Positions 26,453-40,744 of a DNA stretch of 64,000 bases are shown one piece after another. The notes below the pieces were generated by a model. It had not been told where the DNA came from, did no database searches, and was given only the letters and a program-made list of their open reading frames with translations. Source of the DNA: Eledone cirrhosa (lineage: Eukaryota); NCBI GenBank assembly GCA_964016885.1, contig OZ024753.1, positions 33,046,001 to 33,110,000 on the forward strand, in the 5' to 3' direction. A program made the translations under genes and the position numbers. How positions within the stretch are numbered: the stretch's first letter is position 1; the number at the start of each line of letters is the position of its first letter.

Positions 26453-28730
26453 ATACTAGAATATGCATACATTATATATATATATATATATATATATATT
26501 CCATAATTATTAACATATTTATTTTCTTTAATATTAATATATGAAGCATGTATTTTTGCAATAATAATATTTGAAAGAAACAGATTACAGAAAGGAATAT
26601 AATAAAACCAATATGTTTTCAACAGATGCATGTCAAAAATCAATACAAATATATTGATCACAAACTGATAAAATCATCCCCTATTTAACAGAAGCTTAAC
26701 CTACAATCGCTGAACTTCTTATTAGAAGTAATTTAATGCATTTCTGGTTCAAAGGTTTCTTTAACGCCAATATAGCTGTATAGAATTCATCTTGTAATAG
26801 GTATATATATATATATACATACACACACACATACATACACACACATATATATATATATATATATACATATACACATACATACACATATACACACACACCC
26901 ACGCACACACACACACACGCACACACACACACACACCCACGCACACACACACATATATATATATATATACATCCACACACACAACCATACACAAGTTGAA
27001 AAATCCTTCGGGTGAAACGTGTTCTCAAGTATGGTTTGTTAATTTGTTGTGGAACTAACTACGTACATACAAATGTGAAGGCGCATGGCTTAATGGTTAC
27101 AGTATTGGGCTTACAACCGTGGTGTTGTGAGTTCCATTCCCAGAAAAACATAGAGAGTATGATGCAATATTTTGAATGATATGCTTGTGTATGGACATTA
27201 TGACAAACGTAGATTACAAGTAGCCAGAAACGTCTATGATGCAGTTTAACGAAACTGCCAATTTTAATCAGAGCATGGATTGTTCTATTACATCTAAGAT
27301 TTCCTATCAAAGCGCCTACCCAGTTGACCGTTCGTTAATCTACGAAGGCATTTACCCTACTTAGTTATTTATTTGATGAACGTTAATATAGTTAAACATC
27401 TATAATCCTGATATCAATATGTTAATCCTGCTATTTCTAATGAAATCCACTGCGAATCATTTTCAATTAATTTTCAAATTAATCAAATATCCGAGAAATT
27501 TAGTATTATAATTATCTTTCTTATGTTTCAGTTGGTATTTTATGTATTACATAAGACAAGGGTGTACTATATTTTGATTTTTAGGTAAATATAAACAATT
27601 TAAAACAAAAGGAATTGCTATTACTGGATGTGTATGATCATTTAAATTTATATTGCATGCTTTGACTTGCATTTATTATGTAGGAAATGCATGGAAAATG
27701 CCATCACCTTATCAGTCGAGAGCTTAGCTGTAGAAATGGCACTTGGTCAAATTTGACGAAATCTCTTATTTTGATGACCGTAAACTAGACAATAACAGTA
27801 ATTTACCACTCAACGCAAGATACATTTGCGTAATAACTGAAACGTTTAAGAACTTCATTTAAAGTGAATCCATGGCTCAAAAGTAATACGACGAACACAA
27901 ACGAGATGAATGTGAATTTATATGACGTGCGAAAGGTGATGACATCACTTATAATGTGGGAATATATTGAAAGAGATTAGAAAAGATAGAAATATGACAG
28001 CGAAATCAATCTTTGTATATGTAGCGCTCTCTAGACAAAGGGAAGTAGCTGGAGTTACTTCCCGTAGAATTCTAGAGTATTCCTTGAACTTCCATTCTAG
28101 GAATTATAAAGGAGGGAGCAAAGAGCAATCTCTCTTTTGGCGACAGGCTCTTGAACTGTTCACACACGAGCGCAAAAACACAAAAGTCTTTCTATATCTG
28201 TTATCTAATTAAATTAGTGGTTGGTATACAGTGGTGTTTAGTGAAGTAACTAACCCTGTGACCAACTCACTAAACATATAACAGTTTTGAATAGCAATAT
28301 CAGGAAGATGTCTAGTTCTAAATATATAATTTTGGAACAGCTAAAAGACTATCTTAGTTGAGAATGAAAGTAATAAATATGTAATATACAGGCGATGATG
28401 ATGATGTTTAGCGTTTGTTGAATATATAAGATCAAAGGCAATCTGGGTTATGAGTCTGTCATTTATTTTACTGTGTAGGACTATATTATCTAATCTTTCA
28501 TATCCTTATATAAAATGTGATTTGGTGGGGATTTGGCTGCTATTTCTAACAGAAAGTTATGTAGAACTACATTATCTAATGTTTCCTTTCATTACACAAT
28601 ATAGTAGGGTATGCTTTATTAGAAATGGGGCTGCTTTTCCTAACATATCAACAAACCACGTAGATTCTGCTACATTGGAACACCCTGATATGAGCAAGCT
28701 ACGTATCGGCGTATTACAATACCGATAATA

Positions 28731-28975
28731 ATTTCAGTCATTAGACTGCGGCCATGCTGGAGCATCACCTAGAATTGTTTTAGGCGATCATATTGCAAGA
28801 ACTAATATCTATCCTGCCACATCAGCATTTTGTTGGAAAATCGATTAAATCGACTGCAGTAATTGATTAGTATTTTATTTTATTTATCCAGTGAGGATTG
28901 AAATCTAACGTGTTGTGCCAGAACAAATACAATGAGGTATTTTGTCCGACGCGTTAACGATTCTGCCCGACTCAC
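28731..28975 (-). mobile_element. degenerate SINE(s) with CR1-LINE-like 3' tail
   Basis: tttcagtcattagactgcggccatgctggagcatcacct resembles LINE tail 17190-17229; SINE body at about 28840-28975. Confidence 0.6.
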
Positions 28976-30094
28976 GAAAGAAAACCTGATACAAAAACGA
29001 AACACGAATCGAGAAGTGTGTCCCCATAGTTCTGAGTGTAATTAATCTAGATATAGTAATGACAGGTCAAGTAAAATACTTGAACCTACTAGCTACTGTT
29101 GGTTAAGTTCAACACAGAAATTATTTATTCCAACCAGGAGAGAAGAGTTCTACCACAAATAAAATAAGCCAAAACATACATTTAAGATACATTCCTATAA
29201 AATGGAAAAAAGATTAGGAAATATCACGTTTCAACGCAATCTTTTTTTTTATACATATTTTTTTAGCAATATTTTTTATCAGGCTAATGTTATTCACCGT
29301 ATACTTTCTGTCAGCGTAGATGGCTAGAACCTTTCTCGAACTATTTTTTTTCACCATTTCCGTGTTTACATAAAATTTAGAAAATTACAGCATTTACGAC
29401 CACTTATATCACTTAAAATATAGTAATTATAATGATTTCAATGATGATCATTACTTTGATGGTAATGATACTTATATTGATAATAGTGAATATGATGATT
29501 TTATCAGTGTCAAGATCAAAGAAAGCAAACAGTCATTTATTGACCACTTTAAAATGAAAGCAAATGTAGACACGATCGACACTAGAGTCGAGAAAATTGT
29601 GACTTGGCGAACGACGCAATATGTCTAAACGCTACTGAAATTACAGAATAATGTTCTCTCAGCTATATCAACCAAACATTGATTATGCGAGACAAGTTTT
29701 GTGTAGAAAATTGTTCAAATGTTGCCAACATGTTTACCAAATGAAATAAAATGATGAATATTCGTAATTTCGAATATATTTAGGCAAACATTGTGGCATA
29801 TGTAATTATATAACTAATATTCGGTTCTATTTCACTTATGTATTTAAAACATCGAGAGATATCATTTGCCTACCGGAGACATATGGCTGAAATATATGAG
29901 ATCCTGGTATTCAACGTGGTGTGGAGTTTATTGAATATAATATATAGAGAATATATAGAAGCCTAAATATTTAGATAGAGAGATGTGCAAGAGAGCATAA
30001 TAGGCTGGAAACTAGGGGTCATCTGATTTCTTGTTACACTTGTTTAGATAAGTATAGCAGCTAATATTAATTTAGATTATTAAAGAAAGATTAA

Positions 30095-30105
30095 AAATAC
30101 ACGTA

Positions 30106-30159
<54 letters not shown>

Positions 30160-30206
30160 TACGTGTATTTATGGTCCATCTGGTTCCTTACCACACCTCC
30201 TTCGTT
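30095..30206. repeat. perfect 76-bp palindrome plus 37-bp retroelement terminus
   Basis: aaatacacgtacgc(at)n gcgtacgtgtattt (30095-30170), then tatggtccatctggttccttaccacacctccttcgtt, 36/37 identical to 47945-47981. Confidence 0.9.
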
Positions 30207-30539
30207 ATATATATATACTCGAATATTGAATGAAAATAAAAGTGTGTTCTGTATTGCCTGCAGATGCTGAGGCTTTTATACATATAAGTACAAGAATGTA
30301 TTAAAAATATACACAGAAACAATAGAAAACCTATACGTATCGATAATTGTACATCAGTAATACAAGCGCTGACGATCACACACAATAATCGTATTCTTTA
30401 ATTTTGTAGCTACGAAATGTGCAATATGCATAGGTGAACTTAAAGAAATATATCACGCATGGGATCCCGGATAACCATATTATCTGTAGATTTTATCAAT
30501 TGTTTCGCACAGATAGATTGAAAATTGTGGCGGGGGGGG

Positions 30540-30945
30540 GGGAGTACCTTTCTCGTGGTTGTTGCTGTACCCAGTAAGGCAGACTTTTGGATCAATGCAA
30601 CATTCGGTGTTACATCTATATCTTTCAGCAATCTGACTATTCTGACTATTCTGTTGGTAATAATCCCTAGCACATCAATGACAATCAAGGTGGGTATTCT
30701 GCGTAGACGTACCATAATCTCTCTATCTCTATGCTGATACTTTTCAACCTTTCTCTGCTCTTTTTGGGTCAGGTTCTTGCCAGCAGGTATAGCTACGTCA
30801 ACAATTCTTGTATTCGTTGTTTACGAGAGAAATCTAAAAGTGATTGACGGGTTCCAAAGCGATTTCGTTTAGGCAATTGTGTAAGTTGTGATGGGAACAC
30901 ATTTCCCATCTTACAGAAGCTTCACGATTGTGGTTGACCCCATAA
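30540..30945 (-). mobile_element. R4/Dong-type non-LTR retrotransposon C-terminal (RLE) fragment
   Basis: YGVNHNREASVRWEMCSHHNL (RHD...HW.LC-like) and one continuous frame IVDVAIPAGKNLTQKEQRKVEKYQ...IVIDVLG...IQKSALLGTATTTRKVL. Confidence 0.75.
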
Positions 30946-31004
30946 GCGACTGAAACACTGCTAATTTTCTCATTATTTGCTATTTTATTAATTTTGATAT
31001 TAGT

Positions 31005-31165
31005 CACTCTAATTTGAGAATTCAAATTCGACCGAAGTCAACCTTGTGTTTCATCCTTCTAAGATTGATAAAATTAATTACCAGTAAAGTACCACTGACG
31101 ATAAAATGGACTTCCATTTCTCTCTCAAATTACTGGAATTGTGCCAATGTTAGAAACAATTATCA
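31005..31165 (+). mobile_element. tRNA-derived SINE (long-tail form) next to the R4/Dong fragment
   Basis: gaattcaaattcgaccgaagtcaaccttgtgtttcatcc...tgtgccaatgttagaaacaattatc. Confidence 0.6.
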
Positions 31166-31328
31166 TCTCCTTTTCACAGCTTTGGGTGTTAATGCTGGCT
31201 ATTTATGTCTCCACACCAGGCTTAACATAAGCTTAAGACATGAAACGAACTTCGTAACCACCCAACGATACCTGACCTGCATCAAATATTAGTGTCGTAG
31301 TGTAATAATAATAGTGTCGTAGTAATGG

Positions 31329-31568
31329 TGTAATGGACAATGTAACATGATGTATTAAGTTAGACACCTCCACACGGTGAAGAGTTGGGGTGGATTACCA
31401 TTAAATATTTATCTGTTGTCAGATCAGGAAATCTGATTTTATTTGAAAATATTTTAGAATAAAACCCTGACTTCAGGCAGCAGGACGCCAACACCTATGT
31501 GTGTGTGTTGTAGTTAGCTTGAAGTATTATGAGATCTGAAACGTGGTTGTAACTTAGAAGCCACTACA
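31329..31568 (+). mobile_element. possible solo LTR
   Basis: TG...CA ends tgtaatgg/ccactaca (7/8 inverted match), aataaa at 31458, flanks atgg/atgc (imperfect 4-bp TSD). Confidence 0.4.
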
Positions 31569-31675
31569 ATGCAGGTGGGATCATAAATATTAAGGGAACA
31601 AAGTCGAGTGAGGAATGGGAGAGGCGAACAGGGAAAAAAAAAATCATTCCTCACTCGGATGTGTGTGTACGTTTC

Positions 31676-31680
<5 letters not shown>

Positions 31681-31763
<83 letters not shown>
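31681..31763. repeat. (GA)n microsatellite
   Basis: Pure AG run. Confidence 0.95.
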
Positions 31764-31765
<2 letters not shown>

Positions 31766-32478
31766 TTGAATTATTTACTTTACTGCAGAAGAGAGATTCA
31801 ATTAATTTTACACCCAGAACGATCAGAAATCCCTCAATTCCAAATTATTCCAGCTTGGAACCAATTTTCATGCTTAACTAATTAATTGCTATGTAATAGC
31901 TTTTTCTTCAGTGCTCATGTACTGACTTCCTTCCATTCCTATTGCATTGAGTTTAATAGATTTGCATGGAACCGCTCTATTCTTTGTTTGTTTGTTCTGT
32001 TGCGTCTTTGTCTTTCTTGTTTCGTATTTCGTCATATTGCTCCTAGCCCTGGATAATTATTGTATGCGTGAGAAAAATATGTGTACGTACACACACACGT
32101 GTGTGTGTATGTAGAGAGAGAGAGAGAGAGAGAGAACATACATGGGTGTTTAAGTTTGAGAGAGAGTGGGAGGCATGAGCGAATATGCACAGAAAGATAT
32201 AATGCAATGAAGAACGTTTGGGGTATTTTAAAAGAAATATATTTAACGTTGATTTGAGGAGATCGTTATGCTAATTAATAGTGGAATCTTCAATTCCTTT
32301 TATGGTAGTTTGCTCTTTATCATATTCAGATTAAAAGAAGAATCAGCCGCCAGTTTACATATATGGCAATAAAACTCTTGCCTTTCTTATACTAGATTAG
32401 TATCATCTGGTATTGCTTTAGTGTTGTTGGCGGTGTTTGAGATTGTGTAGTCGCATTATTGTTAGTGATGTAGGGACA

Positions 32479-33196
32479 GCTTTGGTATATTGGCTAAGTT
32501 TAATATATAAGAGGCGGGAAATGGTAAAGTCGTTAGAGCGTCGGAACGAAAGCTTCGTGATACTTTTACATTATCTTCGCACTCTAATATCAAATATGAT
32601 TTTGTTGCTTAAACCGTAATCAATCTAAACTATAATAAAGTAATTCTGCGTCCAGAATATATTTTTCAATCCTGTTTGTAAAATAAGTTGGATTACTTTG
32701 AATAAATAATGAATGATTACATAATTGATCTACTAGATTTCGTTATTTTTTATTAAATATAAATAATTGTGTTGCTCATTTTAAGATTCACTTCTTTAAA
32801 ATGTACAAATGTCAACAGTTCCGGTTAGCAATAATATATTTCCGTCATTAATTTTCTCCTAATGCAGTTTATATATAATATTGTCTTTTTAAAATGTATC
32901 ATGGATTACATAAGACAGTGTAACGCAGTCTTCGTTCAATTTCTGTGGATATTGTCAATTACGATTTTATTTGATGTATCATATCTACATGCATATAATA
33001 TCAATATGCACACTAACTACACATGCTAGCAGAAAACCACCCGAAGAGTGGTTTTTCTGCTAGTATCTATAGTTTTGGTAGATTGGCTAAGTTTAATATA
33101 TAAGAGGCGGGGAAATGGCAGAGTCGTTAGAGCGTCGGAACGAAAGTTTCGTGCTCTAATATCACATATGATTTTGTTGCCTAAACCGTAATCAAT
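32479..33196 (+). repeat. local direct duplication (32479-32624 and 33071-33196) containing a SINE head
   Basis: Both copies read ttggta-attggctaagtttaatatataagaggcggg...gtcgttagagcgtcggaacgaaag...atatgattttgttgc-taaaccgtaatcaat. Confidence 0.85.
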
Positions 33197-34959
33197 TATG
33201 ATAATGAGCATCCCAACTGTTACCATTTCATCATTGTTTCTTACAGTGTATCGAATGTTACACCGTCAAATATGTCCGTTCTCGTTTTAAGATGATAGAG
33301 TGTGAATTCGGGAAATGTTGGCTGTTGTGTCTAGCAGATAGTTTGACTGAAGAGAAAGTCATTTTTATATTTTATTTTTTTTAACTTTCGTGTGTACTGT
33401 AACATCTCATCCAACAAGACTAAACAATAATGTTCCGAATTGTCCAAATGTAAAGGCCAAGTGTTGACGATGGATAGGAACAGCGTGACACAGAATGTGA
33501 CAAACTGGCGCTTTGAATTATATGTACAATATATTTATACAAAGGGAGGGCAACATATTTTGCCAGAAAACATTTTAGAGCGTCTGCCCCTCTTAATCAG
33601 CCGCCGATTATCTAAGAATTAATTATTTATTCTGATGTGCGGTCGCCCAGTGTAATTAATTTGAAAAAATATATTATAATAATTCTTAATTAATCACAAT
33701 TATAAAGCTTCTGTTTAAGCGCATATGAGAAAATTTGGTAGATTTACTGTGGGAGATAACATATACAAGCCTGCAAGAAATTTGCTCTTGTCAGAAAATG
33801 GAGAACATTTTGACGTTTTTACCTTATAATTTATGAATTTTTAAATTTGTTAATTTGCTTTTGTTTGAATACTCTAAAATTACAGAAATCATTATTACTG
33901 GGAAAATGTTGAATACCTTTAAATAAATACGCAATCGAAGTCTTATAATGTTTTAATTAATTCCTATTTAAAAGACCAATTAAGCACACATCCTTTCAAA
34001 TAAGTAGGAAGGTACCCATATGCAGACCCAAGTAATTTACAGAAGTGTAGATCAGCACATTTATGCACTATGAAACAGATTGGACTTAGTTTGTGTATCC
34101 TATGAAATCTGTTTCTTATTTATTACTATATGTAAAATCTAACGTGTTTTCTGTATTTAACTATTACCCATAGTTTTCTTGTTCTTAACAATAATGATAA
34201 AACGACAATAATGGACGAATATCAAAATCGATTAATCGACAATAAGTCTCTGAAATTAAATCGCGTTAAGGTCAACATTGTCATTCATCCTTTCGGGGTA
34301 CCAGTCCACTACTGAAATAGATTCTTCCTGTTTATCTCTCTTTCCTTCTGTGGGCGAAATCGTTATGTTATGCTTCAATAGGAATGGGCCCCAACAGGTT
34401 TAATATGGCAAGTTTCCGCTCCTACATTTTACGTTTACTTGTTCATGGTGATAGGACAATATAAATTATAATATTTTTTATGCTTTCTTTTTAAGAATAG
34501 CTCTTTCTCTCCCCTTTAACGTATCACTGTAATTATATAGTTTATTCTTTATGCTTTTATTGTTGAGAAATTATGTGAAGAGATACAATAAATTACTATT
34601 GAAAATGTCCTGTATAATTATTGTTAGTAACTTTCATTTAGATATTTTATACACATTAATACACTTTAAGCTATAAATTATGTACATGTGGCGGAACATG
34701 TATGACTTTGATTGCAGGACAAAATAATGATTTTATCGATTTTACGTCGGTGAAATCAAAAATAAATTATAATTACACAAAAAAAAAAAAAAAAAGGAAT
34801 AAAAACAGAATTTGTAAAATAAACATAAGAATTCATTCAGGTATGTATTAATGTGATGAGATGTAATAAAAATCGATTTCTGCACCCAGTTAAACTTAGA
34901 AACGCAGTTGCTATACACACATATGGATAGGCAGAGATACACATATATGTGTGCGTTTG

Positions 34960-35048
<89 letters not shown>

Positions 35049-35119
35049 ATGTATGTATGTATATATGTATGTATATATGTATGTATGTATATATATATGT
35101 GTGTGTGTATGTGTGTATG

Positions 35120-35150
<31 letters not shown>

Positions 35151-35538
35151 CCATCTGTTTGATTGCATAAACCAAAAATGTAATAAATCTTCAGATTGAA
35201 TTAAATGCGCGGTTTAAGAGAATTCGATAAAGCAATACAGGCTGCTGAACGTATGGTCATACAATAGCTGTTATTTCAGACATTGTCTTCAGCTTTATTA
35301 AAGTTTATCACGAAGACTAACAGCAGATAGCATTTCCATTTTGAACACATTATGTCTATGAATCTTTTATTTGCGATACATTTAATGTCAGTAACTGTGT
35401 AACTTAAAATCTCTGGCAAAGTTAATGAGAAAATAAATACAGAAAACAAAAAAGACTTTTTAATATATAAAGTAAATGACTTATTTAAACACCAGAAATT
35501 TGAAGAATTTCGCTTGATTCAATGAATATTTTTTCCTT

Positions 35539-35728
35539 ATAATTGTTTCTACTTTAGGCACGAGGCCAGCAAATACCCAGTGCATTACTGGTACTTTATT
35601 TTCTCGACCCCGTAAAGATGAAAGGCAAAGTCAACCTCGGCGGGATTTGAACTCAGATCGTAAAGGGACGTAACTATGCTGGAAAGCATGGCGTCCGACC
35701 CTCTCCCCATACTGCCAATCCACCACCC
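35539..35728 (-). mobile_element. SINE short-tail subfamily, near full length
   Basis: Tail, central domain, B-box and head (...actgccaatccaccaccc). Confidence 0.85.
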
Positions 35729-36036
35729 TATATAATGATAGTTTCGACGATAAGCATTCAGTCGATCCAACGTAACGTCGATCTCGCGAATTAACGTGCA
35801 TCTTTGTTGAACATTCCAGACACGTGTACTTTTAACGCAATCCTCAGATACAATAAAAAACTGGCCTGTTGATTTCCATGTACAACCATCTAACGGATTT
35901 TCGCGGGATTGTTGCCCACCCAATTTCCCTCACAATGCTTGTGTCGAGCTAGGGTATAATAAAAACACTTGCTCACTCTACTGTGTTGTTTGCATTATTT
36001 TGGTTTACTTTTTACATATTATATTTATATATATAT

Positions 36037-36334
36037 AATCGCAACCCAGGTTCCTCTCAGTCACAGGTTAATGAGAGAGGCTCAGTGTCGTATGTGTGTG
36101 TGGGGGGGGGGGTTGTTTTTGTGTTAGCTAGTTGCTCAGACTAATGATCAAGAGGGCAGTAGCGATCAACAGGTGGTCTATAAAATCCACCTCAGGCTGC
36201 TGAGATAAAAGCATCTTCTGCCTACCGATGTCTGTATTAATATACTTCTTTCTATATTACAGACAATGCACAACACTCGGAAATTTGAGGGATAACACCA
36301 GAACAGAATGGCATTTAAATCCCCTCATTAAACA
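36037..36334 (+). mobile_element. possible solo LTR
   Basis: Starts a-a-tcgcaaccc (degenerate TGTCGC), TATA-like tctataaaa near 36177, terminal hairpin tgagggat/atcccctca, ends ...aaca; flanked by TA-rich sequence. Confidence 0.4.
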
Positions 36335-36463
36335 AAATATATTGTTAGAAAAGTAATATTTTTGTCACCTAATGTATATCACTCTTTTTTTCTCTTTCTC
36401 GTCTCTCAAACACACACATATGCATTCATGGATATGTGTGTGGGAGGAGGGGGGTATGTATAT

Positions 36464-36715
36464 GTGTGTCTGTGTGTGTGTCTGTGTGTGTGTCTGTGTG
36501 TGTGTCTGTGTGTGTGTCTGTGTGTGTGTCTGTGTGTGTGTCTGTGTGTGTGTCTGTGTGTGTGTCTGTGTGTGTGTCTGTGTGTGTGTCTGTGTGTGTG
36601 TCTGTGTGTGTGTCTGTGTGTGTGGCTGTGAGTGTGGCTGTGAGTGTGGCTGTGAGTGTGGCTGTGAGTGTGTCTCTGTGTGTGGCCGTGTGCGTGTCTG
36701 TGTGTGTGTCTGTGT
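36464..36715. repeat. 12-mer minisatellite (tgtgtctgtgtg)n grading into (gtggctgtgagt)n
   Basis: Seen directly. Confidence 0.92.
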
Positions 36716-36832
36716 GCGCTTCTATACATATACTCAGATACGTAGACTTACATTTAGCTTTCCTAATATCACGTACTAGTGACTGGCTGTCAGTGATTAT
36801 ATGCGATTAACACAGACACACACATATATCAA

Positions 36833-36870
<38 letters not shown>

Positions 36871-37349
36871 CCATGGATGATAGATTATATCTATAAACTT
36901 TCAATTTTATATTTATAAACCTCATTTATATTTCCTCTACATCCTCTGCCTTTAACTCTCCCCCTCACCTCATTCTCCATCCCTTCATCTCTGTTTCTTC
37001 TTTACCAATCTCATCCGCAAACTCCCAGGCTCACTATCTCTTCATTGCCCTTTAAGTCTCATTTCTCTTACTGTTTCAGTTTCTCTATAAATGTGCCACT
37101 ATATTTAATTGAGTAGGGGATCAAATATGATGAAAGTATTACGTGACAGCTAGTACATACATTATATTCAATTACATCAACAGTTTACAGTCAATATTCA
37201 CCTGAAATCTGTTATCTCTGATCTACCCTTTTATTATACGATGATGATGCTTGTTGATGATGCAAGAAAGAACCTATTCCCTATATTGGTGTCATAATGT
37301 TAAATTTGTTGCTGGAAATATAGTTATTCTAGCGAGACATTATCTCACG

Positions 37350-38050
37350 CATATATATATATATATACATACATACAGATACGCACACATATATACATGT
37401 ATATACATACACACAGATACGCACACACATATACATGTATATACATACACACAGATACGCACACACATATACATGTATATACATACACACACACACACAC
37501 ACAGATACGCACACACATATTCATGTATATACATACACACACACACAGATACGCACACACATAATATATATATACACACACACACACACACATACATAAT
37601 ATATATATACACACACACACAATATTTATATACACACACACACATAATATATACACACACACATAATATATATATACACACACAATATATACACACACAC
37701 ACAATATATATACACACACACACAATATATATATATACACACACACACACATAATATATATATACACACACACACATAATATATATATACACACACACAC
37801 AATATACATATATATATATACACACATAATATATATATACACACACACAATATATATATACACACACACACAATATACATATATATATATACCCACACAC
37901 ACACATAATATATATATACACACACATACATAATATATATATATACACACAATATATATATACACACACAATATATATACACACACAATATATATATACA
38001 CACACATATATATACACACACACACATAATATATATATATATATATACAT
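37350..38050. repeat. compound CA/TA minisatellite
   Basis: ~36-46-bp unit cagatacgcacacacatatacatgtatatacatacaca repeated about 5 times, then (ca)n-aatat-(at)n units. Confidence 0.9.
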
Positions 38051-40744
38051 GCACACTACAAAGCAATATTGCTGCACACTAAATTATTTAAAGAGGAGCA
38101 ATAAACGGTTACATGACGTTGATCCTCACATCAAAGGTATATATAATCAGGCAGAATTGTGTAAAATTGTCTCTCGTTACATTTTTAATATAAGCTGCAA
38201 TAGCTTACGAACTGACTACATATACGCTCGAACGAGGCTGTATTTTTCAACGATATTGCTTGAACATTGCGTTACTATATTCTTAATGAAATACATTGCC
38301 AATGATTTTCAAATAATTTTGAAAATAATCAAGACGTCGGAGCGATTAAGTAATATGCCTACTTTATCTTTATTGAGTAGGCGTATGGAAAAGAGATTAA
38401 TTAGAATAATTGCTGCTTGGCTAGAATTATGATTAAAGATTTATTAGATAAATATAAACACATTCACCTCTTTTATTAGCATATTTCTTATGAAATACAC
38501 TAGGCCTCTTACATAGAATTAAGATTGAAGATTTTAGATAAATATATACATATATGCACAGTAACCCTTTTCTTTGCTATATTTCTAATGAGATATACGT
38601 TAAATATTGAACAGCTTTTTCAGGGTAGAAACAGGGATGTTTCCACTTAGTTTACTTCTTAATGAATCATTTTTCACTTATATGTAAGTCGAACGTGCAA
38701 AATCAAGTTCATCCCAAATTAGTTGACAAACATAAAAATAAATACCTCAACATGTCCTACGCACACAGACACACACTGAAGCATGATATGCTAATTGAAA
38801 ATTGTCGCTGTTATCAGATTAACAAACATCTATTAGTTGTTGTTCAAAAAATTATTTCTTTCTCTCTCTATATATATCAATGTGATGCAAAGATTTTATC
38901 GCTAACCTTTCATAACTTACTAATTAACAACTGTTGAAGCATTGATATCAAAGGGCATAGGAAATATCTACCTGGGTGATATAAAATGTGTTGATATTAT
39001 ATTTATTTTAGTTATTACGTCAAAGTGTGATAATTTGTGTGAAACCTCATTCCTCTGAGGTGTTCATAACCAATGTTCTGTCATTGGATGAAGCAGAGAT
39101 ACAGAAATGACATTTCTAATTCTCTGTATGTATGTGTGTGGAGGAGTGAGGTGAGTACATGTCTCACACAAACTAGGATGTCTATGTACTTAGAAATGAA
39201 GGAGAATTGAAAATAGTGTTTTACAACGTTAATTAATAATGTAGAATTATTTAATAGCTTTCCAGCACTGAAACCGAGCATCAGTTTTAGATTGAACATT
39301 TTATTATATACGAGATGTGGAATTTTGTGACTTAGCACAAAAATTAACGGTTGGTGTTCGATATCAGTAGTACACGATTAAAGTGGCTCAAGGTCTAAGT
39401 GAGGGTGTTAAGTCGGGTGTCAGTTTAATAAATGCTGACTAAGATTCTTCTGCAAGTTTCTTTATAGGATAAGTGCAATTTGTAGAATGTTGCTGTTATC
39501 ATTGATTTCGCTTTTGCCTCACGGTAGCCATGATTAATTAGACCTATGGCAAAATGAGATCAACAGATCGGTTTTTCTCTCTCTTTTTCAAATCACAAAA
39601 TTTATGTAACACTACTCTATGCTCATTGATGGGTTTTCTGTTAATCTATCTTTGCATCCATATTCTTCGTTTTGGTGTTTGCACATTGTTCAATGTTTCA
39701 TACATGCTTCGAACTATAATAGTATATACATCCTGATGAATGTGCGCCTAGGTATATGACATCTAACAAAGAATATGAAGATATATCGTACTATGATATG
39801 GTCGGATGACGAATTATTGACTAAAAATCAATTGGATTTACAACATATAATCGAACAATTGTTCATGGCAGTCTGATAATCTGAATATGTTACGTTTTTG
39901 TATATACTGAGTGAATATAAAGACTGATGTTTCAATAGAGTGATTTCCCTATAGCATCTTATGGTTTAGTATTACAAAGGCATCGTCCCAAGGAAAGTAT
40001 TGCGACTTTCTTATGAGCATCAAAATATGTTTCCCTGTCGGTCTGTGTGTGTGATCGCATAAGTGTGAATGTATACAGATTTCTTTTTCTGAAATCTAAG
40101 TTTCAAAATTAACAAATATTCATTCTTTTCTTGCTTACGGCGACATTGCTCTAAAAGATGCATTTTTCCCCCACACACATCTATTTTGTGTGTGTGTGTG
40201 TGTGTCTGCGCACGCATACATCTGTGGGTGTAGAAGAGAGAGGCAGAAATAAATAATGTTATAAAAAGAGATCGATAAACATACTCTAACACGTGTGGTA
40301 AATTTTCTGCTACAGAGAATACTTGCGCATTTTTAACTCATAAAATAGAACTACCAGCTACACATTAAAATAACAAAATACGTCATATCCTGGCGGCAAT
40401 TTTTTACATATAAGAATACAATACAGCTGAGGGAAATTACCTCAGAGAAGTGATCTCAATACGAATAGGTAATACATTGAACTGACAAATGTAGATCGAC
40501 TAATATTATCCATTAGTGTTTATCTTTGTGGGTAGATGATATTTTCCCGCGACTCATCCTTTATCTAAAGTATTTATGATATGTACGAATATTAAACGTA
40601 TTGATTTTATCTTGTCAGCATTTATTAAACTGTCACCCGGCTTACTACCGTCACTTAAACTGTGGGTCCGTTTCAGCGTGTACTTCTGAAATCGAACTCC
40701 AAACGTTAATTTTAGAGCTAGTCAGAAAATCCAAAATCTCATTA

